From Candidatus Omnitrophota bacterium (GTDB taxonomy: Bacteria > Omnitrophota > Gorgyraeia > B26-G9), in contig JAHITY010000101.1 of NCBI GenBank assembly GCA_018817165.1, forward strand, positions 278 to 64,277: a stretch of DNA of 64,000 nucleotides. The letters are read 5' to 3'. Position 1 is the first letter of the stretch. Every line of letters begins with the position of its first letter. Made by a program: the position numbers and the translations under genes. Positions 58,408 to 64,000 of the stretch are shown here, in pieces. The notes below the pieces were generated by a model. The model was not told the DNA's origin. It searched no databases and saw nothing but the letters and a program-made list of their open reading frames with translations.

Positions 58408-60390
58408 ATGAAAAATTTAGTTATCGTAGAATCTCCAACCAAAGCAAGAACAATTGGCAAAATTCTGGGAAAGAATTATGCGGTTTATTCTTCTATGGGG
58501 CATATTATTGATTTACCGCGCCGTAAAATAGGGGTTGATGTTGAGCAAGATTTTGCTCCGACTTATGTTGTTATTCCCGGCAAGAAAAAGACTTTGGCTC
58601 AATTGAAAAAAGAGGTAAAAACCTCAGAAGTTGTTTATTTAGCTACTGATCAAGATCGCGAAGGGGAAGCAATCAGCTGGCATTTACAAGAACGTTTACA
58701 GGATAAGAAAAAAACCCGTAAATTTCTCAGGGTAGTGTTTCATGAAATAACTCCGGATGCGATTAAGCAGGCATTTAAAAATCCCAGCAAACTTGATCTA
58801 AACATGGTTAATGCTCAACAGGCAAGGCGAGTTTTAGACCGGGTTGTCGGCTATTTTTTAAGTCCATTATTGTGGAAAAAAGTAGCTAAAGGATTAAGTG
58901 CCGGCAGGGTGCAATCAGTATCTTTAAAACTTATAGTTATCAGAGAACGCGAAATTCAGGACTTTGTTCCCGCGGAATATTGGAAAGTGGAAGCAAATTT
59001 AAAGCGGCAACAAGATGGCCTTGAAGAGTTTACAGCAGAACTTGTCAAATGCGATGGACAGAAAATTGAGCTGGCCAAGCAGGAGCAGGTAGAGGGTATT
59101 GTTCAGGATTTAGAAAAAGCGGAATATATTGTTTCTTCAGTTAAAAAGAAAGAAAAGAAGCGTAATCCTTATCCTCCGTTTATAACCAGTACTTTACAGC
59201 AGGATGCTTTTAATAAACTTAAATATACCGCGCGCAAGACAATGATGATTGCTCAGCAGCTGTATGAAGGCATTGATCTCGGTCAACAGGACCCGATTGG
59301 GCTGATTAGTTATATGCGTACTGATTCTGTGAAAATTGCTGATGTGGCTTTAGTTCAGCTTAGAAAATATATTAATGATAACTTTGGCTCGGCTTATTTA
59401 CCAGCAAAGCCTAATGTTTATAAATCAAAAAAATCAGCGCAGGAAGCGCATGAAGCAATAAGGCCGACGTCAATTGAACGGACTCCTTCCCAGATGCAGC
59501 CTTTTTTAAGTCAGGAACAATACAAGCTTTATGAGCTTATCTGGAAAAGAACGATTGCTTCTCAAATGCAATCAGCTGTTTATATAGTTAATACAATTGA
59601 AGTAGCCGCGGGAAAGTACTTGTTTAGCGCCAGCGGATCGGTTATTAAATTCGAAGGTTTTTTAAAAGCCTATCAGGAAGATTTAAAAGAAAAAGAGAGT
59701 TTAATCCCTGAAATATCAAAAGGCGAAATTTTAACATTACTTAAATTAATGCCCAGTCAGCATTTTACTCGGCCTCCGGCTAGATATTCTGAATCTTCTC
59801 TGGTCAAGGCTTTGGAGGAAGAAGGTATTGGCCGTCCAAGTACTTATGCTCCGATTGTTCATACTTTAATTTTTCGTAATTATATTTGTAGAGAAAAAGG
59901 TTATCTTACTTGTACGGAATTGGGGATGAAGGTAAATGATATTTTAGTAGAATATTTTCCGAACATTATTGATGTGGCTTTTACCGCGACAATGGAAGAA
60001 GAGCTGGATAAAGTAGAGGAAGGAAAACTTGATTGGGTAAAAGCTTTGAAAGATTTTTACATTCCGTTTAAGGAAAAGCTTACCTTTGCTCAGACAAATT
60101 TAAAAAAAGAAGTTGTGGAAACTGATGAGAATTGCGAAAAGTGCGGTAAGCCGATGGTTATTAAATGGTCACGTTCTGGAAAATTTTTAAGCTGTTCAGG
60201 TTTTCCGGATTGTCGTAATGCCAAATCAATATCTTTAGGCGTGAAATGTCCTCAGCCAGAATGTGAGGGAGAGCTTATCCTGCGCAGATCAAAAAGAGGT
60301 ATGCAGTTTTACGGTTGCAGTACTTATCCTAAATGCACATATATAACTAAAGTACTCCCGACAACAGACAGTCAAGTAACGGATGATTAA
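58408..60390 (+). CDS. topA: DNA topoisomerase I
   Basis: TOPRIM N-terminus (LVIVESPTKARTI), catalytic Tyr region, C-terminal zinc ribbons (CEKCGKPM…CSGFPDC…; CPQPECEG…CSTYPKC). Confidence 0.95.
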   Translation: MKNLVIVESPTKARTIGKILGKNYAVYSSMGHIIDLPRRKIGVDVEQDFAPTYVVIPGKKKTLAQLKKEVKTSEVVYLATDQDREGEAISWHLQERLQDKKKTRKFLRVVFHEITPDAIKQAFKNPSKLDLNMVNAQQARRVLDRVVGYFLSPLLWKKVAKGLSAGRVQSVSLKLIVIREREIQDFVPAEYWKVEANLKRQQDGLEEFTAELVKCDGQKIELAKQEQVEGIVQDLEKAEYIVSSVKKKEKKRNPYPPFITSTLQQDAFNKLKYTARKTMMIAQQLYEGIDLGQQDPIGLISYMRTDSVKIADVALVQLRKYINDNFGSAYLPAKPNVYKSKKSAQEAHEAIRPTSIERTPSQMQPFLSQEQYKLYELIWKRTIASQMQSAVYIVNTIEVAAGKYLFSASGSVIKFEGFLKAYQEDLKEKESLIPEISKGEILTLLKLMPSQHFTRPPARYSESSLVKALEEEGIGRPSTYAPIVHTLIFRNYICREKGYLTCTELGMKVNDILVEYFPNIIDVAFTATMEEELDKVEEGKLDWVKALKDFYIPFKEKLTFAQTNLKKEVVETDENCEKCGKPMVIKWSRSGKFLSCSGFPDCRNAKSISLGVKCPQPECEGELILRRSKRGMQFYGCSTYPKCTYITKVLPTTDSQVTDD

Positions 60391-60403
60391 GCAGGATGGA
60401 TAA

Positions 60404-61270
60404 ATGGAACGTTATATTGATAAATTCCTTAATTATCTTAAGATTGAAAAAGACTCCTCGGTACATACTCTGATTAATTATAGTGTTGATCTAAAAGAAC
60501 TTTCCTTATTTATCGATTCTCGAGAACTAAAAGATATTGATGTTTTAGATGTGCGTAAATTTCTCGTAAGCTTGCGCCAAAAAGGATTTAAAAAAGTAAC
60601 TATTGCCCGAAAAATGGCCTGCCTCAGATCTTTTTTTAAATTTTTGTGCCGGGAAGGCCATCTAAAACTAAATCCAATGGTTGGTTTAGTCGGCCCAAAG
60701 TTGGATAAAAAACTGCCAATCTTTTTAAGTGAAGATGATATGTCTAAACTTCTCGATACGCCTGATATTAAGGAAATTTCTGGTTTGCGGGATAAAGCTA
60801 TTTTGGAAACATTATATAGTACGGGAGTGCGCGTCAGCGAATTAGTCGGCTTAAATATTGAACATATTGATTTTATATCCGGAGTGGTAAGGGTTTATGG
60901 TAAAGGGAAAAAGGAACGCTTAGCCCCTATCGGAGATAGGGCTTTAAGAGTTATTAAAAGTTATTTGCAGAAAAGAAGAAAAGATTCTTCAGATAGAATT
61001 TTATTTTTAAATAAAGATGGCCGGCGTTTGACTGATCGCAGTGTGCGTAACATTGTTGATAAATATATTAAGGTGGCTAGTGTGCGTAGCGATATTTCCC
61101 CCCATAGTTTGCGGCATTCATTTGCGACACATCTCCTAAATAGAGGAGCTGATTTGCGTTCCGTCCAAGAACTTCTGGGTCACGCAAATTTATCAACAAC
61201 GACGATATATACTCATCTTTCTACGGAAAAGCTCAAGAGTGTCTATGATCAAACCCATCCGCGGGCTTAA
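60404..61270 (+). CDS. tyrosine site-specific recombinase XerC/XerD
   Basis: N-terminal SAM-like domain; catalytic R…HxxR…Y (HSLRHSFATHLL…LGHANLSTTTIYTHL). Confidence 0.9.
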   Translation: MERYIDKFLNYLKIEKDSSVHTLINYSVDLKELSLFIDSRELKDIDVLDVRKFLVSLRQKGFKKVTIARKMACLRSFFKFLCREGHLKLNPMVGLVGPKLDKKLPIFLSEDDMSKLLDTPDIKEISGLRDKAILETLYSTGVRVSELVGLNIEHIDFISGVVRVYGKGKKERLAPIGDRALRVIKSYLQKRRKDSSDRILFLNKDGRRLTDRSVRNIVDKYIKVASVRSDISPHSLRHSFATHLLNRGADLRSVQELLGHANLSTTTIYTHLSTEKLKSVYDQTHPRA

Positions 61271-61345
61271 CTTAGTCAATAGCTAATAAGCTCGTGAGCT
61301 CATATAATGTCGAAAGATGATACAAGTAATATATAAGGGAATCTA

Positions 61346-62611
61346 ATGACCGTACTATTCAATATAATATATTTGATCTTGGCGATTCTTTATTTGCCGG
61401 CACTTATTTTAAAAGGCAAACATCGAGTTGGTTTTTTACAAAGATTCGGAATATATTCTCCTGCTTTAAGGCAGCGAATGGGAAAAGAAGAATTTTCTAT
61501 TTGGCTGCATGCAGTTAGTGTCGGAGAAATAAAAGCAGCCGCTCCGTTAATCAAGCGATTGCGCGAAAAAAATCCTGGATTAAAACTAATAATTTCCACA
61601 ATTACGCCTACGGGCAATAAAATTGCTCAGGCTATTGCCGGGGAAGAAGATTTGGTTATTTATTTTCCTTTTGATTTAAGTTGGATTATTAATCGAGTAT
61701 TTTTTTTATTGGCGCCAAAACTTTTACTTATTATGGAAACCGAGCTTTGGCCAAACGCAATAAGACTAGCAAAAAAAAATAATATTAAAACTGTCATAAT
61801 AAATGGGAGAATTTCAAATAAAGCTTTTCCGCGTTATAAAATGGCGGGTTTTTTGTTTAGGCCGATAATTAAAAAAATTGATTTACTCTGTATGCAGACT
61901 AATCTGGATGCCCAAAGAATTGTCGAGCTTGGGGCGGATAAACAATCTGTGCATATAGTAGGAAATATTAAATTTGATCAAATCGCGGAAATTGATAAGC
62001 ATGCTTTGCCTGATATCGGTTTAAATAAATCAGAGCGGCTTATTTTAGCCGGAAGCACGCATGATAATGAAGAACAGCAGATAGTGAAAGTTTTTAAAAA
62101 ATTAAAGCAACAATTTCCCGATATTCGACTTATGATTGCTCCGCGTCATCCGCAGCGGGTTAATCAAATATTGGAAATGCTTAGAGCTGAAGGAGTATCA
62201 GCAACGCTAATCAGTCAGATTGAAAAAAAAGAATTGGGTGAAATAAAAAATAAGGTTTTGATTTTAGATATTATGGGAGTATTAACTGATTATTATCAAT
62301 TAGCCGATATTGTTTTTGTCGGGGGAAGCTTGGTCAAGCATGGCGGACAGAATCCAATCGAACCGGCAATGCTAGGCAAGCCAATAGTTTTTGGTCAATA
62401 TATGTTTAATTTTACTGAAGTGGTAAAGCTGTTTTTAGATAATAATGCGGCTGTATTGGTCAATGATTCAGAGCAGCTGTTTACTAGCCTGCGGGATTTA
62501 TTAATGAATAAAGCTAAAATCGATAGTTTAGTTAGTAATGCCAATAAGGTGATTGGGCAAAACCGAGGCAGTGTGGCAAGAGTAATTACATTGGTTAGTG
62601 CTTTAAGTTAG
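61346..62611 (+). CDS. waaA: 3-deoxy-D-manno-octulosonic acid (Kdo) transferase
   Basis: N-terminal membrane anchor, WLHAVSVGE… and GT30 C-terminal domain. Confidence 0.85.
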   Translation: MTVLFNIIYLILAILYLPALILKGKHRVGFLQRFGIYSPALRQRMGKEEFSIWLHAVSVGEIKAAAPLIKRLREKNPGLKLIISTITPTGNKIAQAIAGEEDLVIYFPFDLSWIINRVFFLLAPKLLLIMETELWPNAIRLAKKNNIKTVIINGRISNKAFPRYKMAGFLFRPIIKKIDLLCMQTNLDAQRIVELGADKQSVHIVGNIKFDQIAEIDKHALPDIGLNKSERLILAGSTHDNEEQQIVKVFKKLKQQFPDIRLMIAPRHPQRVNQILEMLRAEGVSATLISQIEKKELGEIKNKVLILDIMGVLTDYYQLADIVFVGGSLVKHGGQNPIEPAMLGKPIVFGQYMFNFTEVVKLFLDNNAAVLVNDSEQLFTSLRDLLMNKAKIDSLVSNANKVIGQNRGSVARVITLVSALS

Positions 62612-62688
62612 ATAGGATTTATTTTTTGTAATCTTCGTCAACCTAATATTAAAAATTAGTTGACGTAAAATAAAAAGGTAATTGCTCT

Positions 62689-64000
62689 ATGGATTTTAGT
62701 CGAAGAATGAGTTTTTTTGTATTTTGTGTTATTTTTTTGATTAAGGCTAATCCTTGTTTTGGAGAAACTAATGAAAGGCAGGATTATTATCTAGAGCCAG
62801 TAGTTGTTTATCCGTCAATCCTGAATGAGTATTATTCGAATTCATTGCGTCATATCGAATATCGGGAAGATATCCAAGTTCCAATTGACCAGGATTTAAA
62901 AAAAGTCTCTTTTGCCGATATCCAAACTCGCGGGCCTTTATCTGTTCAGTCTGATTTGCAGATGCGCGGAGCGAGTTTTGAACAAACCGATGTTTTAATT
63001 GACGGAATTAAAGTTAATGATCCTCAGACCGGACACTTTAATCTGGATATTCCTTTTTCCACTGATGATATTGATAAGATAATTTTAATTCCCGGGCCGG
63101 CAGCGGTTATTAACGGAGCCGGCCGTCCCGGAGGAGCGGTGCATATTATTACCAAACAGCCGCAAGGCAAGTCAATTAAAGCTAAAGTAGTTTTGGGAGA
63201 TAATAACTTTTTGGCGCAGCAACTGTCAGTGGAACATCCAGTGGCTAGGATTAATACGCGGACTAGTATTAGCGAGAGTTCGTCAGATGGGTATAGAGAA
63301 AATACTGATTTTGATTTGATGAATTTTTCGCATATTAGTTGTTGGGAAAGCGGATATGGCGATGTCCAATTTAATCTTGGAGTTTTGGATAAGGAATTCG
63401 GAGCAAATGGGTTTTATTCAGAGTTTTTCCCTAATCAGCAGGAACATACAAAGACAACTTTTGGCAGTATCGGGATTAAATCTGAGTATGATGATTTCTA
63501 TATTAATCCTCAAATTTATGTTCGCAGACAAAGCGATCGGTTTTTATTAAATAAGGATAATCCCGCATTTTATGAAAATAACCATCTAAATTATGTTAAA
63601 GGCGTAAAAGTCGATACTGTGAACGTATGGGCGCAAGGCAAAGTCTTTGCGGGTATTGATGCTGCGCTGGAAAGCATTGACAGCAGTAATTTAAAACAGC
63701 ATGATCGTCAGCGAAATATGGTGTATACTGCTTACAGCACGAAGCTGGATCAGTGGCTTTTATCTTTTGGGCTTAGTGGTTATTTTTATCAGGGTTTTGA
63801 AAATCAGGCTGCTCCGGATATTAGTATTGGTTATTATTTTAATGATTCTTTGAAAGTAAGATCAGCATTTAGTCAATCTTTTAGAGCCCCAACTTTTACT
63901 GAACTTTATTATCAAAGCCCTTCAAATATCGGCAATGAGAATTTATTTCCGGAACGTTCAAATAATTATGAAATTGGGATTGATTGTTTAAAGCCCGATT
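62689..64000 (+). CDS. TonB-dependent outer-membrane receptor (5' part; runs off window end)
   Basis: signal peptide, plug domain (…VLIDGIKVNDPQTGHFNLDIP…PGPAAVINGAG…), no stop through position 64000 in this frame (translated by hand). Confidence 0.75.
   Translation, partial: MDFSRRMSFFVFCVIFLIKANPCFGETNERQDYYLEPVVVYPSILNEYYSNSLRHIEYREDIQVPIDQDLKKVSFADIQTRGPLSVQSDLQMRGASFEQTDVLIDGIKVNDPQTGHFNLDIPFSTDDIDKIILIPGPAAVINGAGRPGGAVHIITKQPQGKSIKAKVVLGDNNFLAQQLSVEHPVARINTRTSISESSSDGYRENTDFDLMNFSHISCWESGYGDVQFNLGVLDKEFGANGFYSEFFPNQQEHTKTTFGSIGIKSEYDDFYINPQIYVRRQSDRFLLNKDNPAFYENNHLNYVKGVKVDTVNVWAQGKVFAGIDAALESIDSSNLKQHDRQRNMVYTAYSTKLDQWLLSFGLSGYFYQGFENQAAPDISIGYYFNDSLKVRSAFSQSFRAPTFTELYYQSPSNIGNENLFPERSNNYEIGIDCLKPD

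Noticed and set aside
60404-61270. Tyrosine recombinase as marker of an integrated mobile element
   Set aside because: XerC/XerD-like architecture, located between topA and waaA with no flanking direct repeats, tRNA gene or phage/IS genes. Most parsimoniously the chromosomal dimer-resolution recombinase.
63356-63550. 64-aa ORF listed in the track
   Set aside because: Out-of-frame ORF within the long TonB-dependent receptor reading frame, which continues without a stop to the window end.

Overview
The window is a 64-kb chromosomal segment from a low-GC (estimated by eye below 40%) diderm bacterium. The diderm call rests on LPS Kdo transferase, a TonB-dependent receptor, a porin-like outer-membrane protein and Tat-exported periplasmic enzymes. 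About 62 genes are all on the + strand, and no ORF of 60 aa or more on the - strand looks real.

Gene content in order along the window:
- End of a ribosomal/RNA polymerase cluster: rpsK, rpsD, rpoA, rplQ.
- A TCA-related block: aspartate aminotransferase, NAD-type isocitrate dehydrogenase, malate dehydrogenase, ApbE, aconitase.
- A short decayed accessory zone with a dispersed 105-bp repeat and a trpB2 remnant.
- DUF167, NifU-like and NikR genes.
- The conserved tmk-holB-ricT-metG-tatD housekeeping block.
- A DUF362-ferredoxin gene followed by two tandem response-regulator/GGDEF paralogs.
- mtnA, thiL, tsaE, tsaB, alr.
- A minor-pilin cluster followed by two unknown secreted paralogs.
- An ilvD-ilvB-(gap)-ilvN-pilT-ilvC-leuA cluster.
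- aroE, an unusual prepilin peptidase, aroC, and a CDF transporter.
- era.
- A periplasmic [NiFe] hydrogenase (small and large subunits plus maturation protease) followed by a tetraheme cytochrome c3.
- A porin.
- A complete chemotaxis operon: an MCP with a CxxCH motif in its periplasmic domain, cheW, cheY, cheC, cheD, cheB, cheA, a second cheC/X, then a 743-aa actin-fold ATPase with C-terminal tandem repeats.
- topA, xer, waaA and a truncated TonB-dependent receptor.

Candidates I consider most worth a second look:
- (a) The actin-like/repeat protein embedded in the che operon.
- (b) The tandem secreted paralog pair after the minor pilins.
- (c) The 105-bp dispersed repeat whose hairpin shows a compensatory base change.
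- (d) A GTATYGM heptamer-array family at three intergenic sites.
- (e) The CxxCH-bearing chemoreceptor together with the hydrogenase/cytochrome c3 module.

All assignments come from reading the translated ORFs against motifs I recall. No database searches were run.
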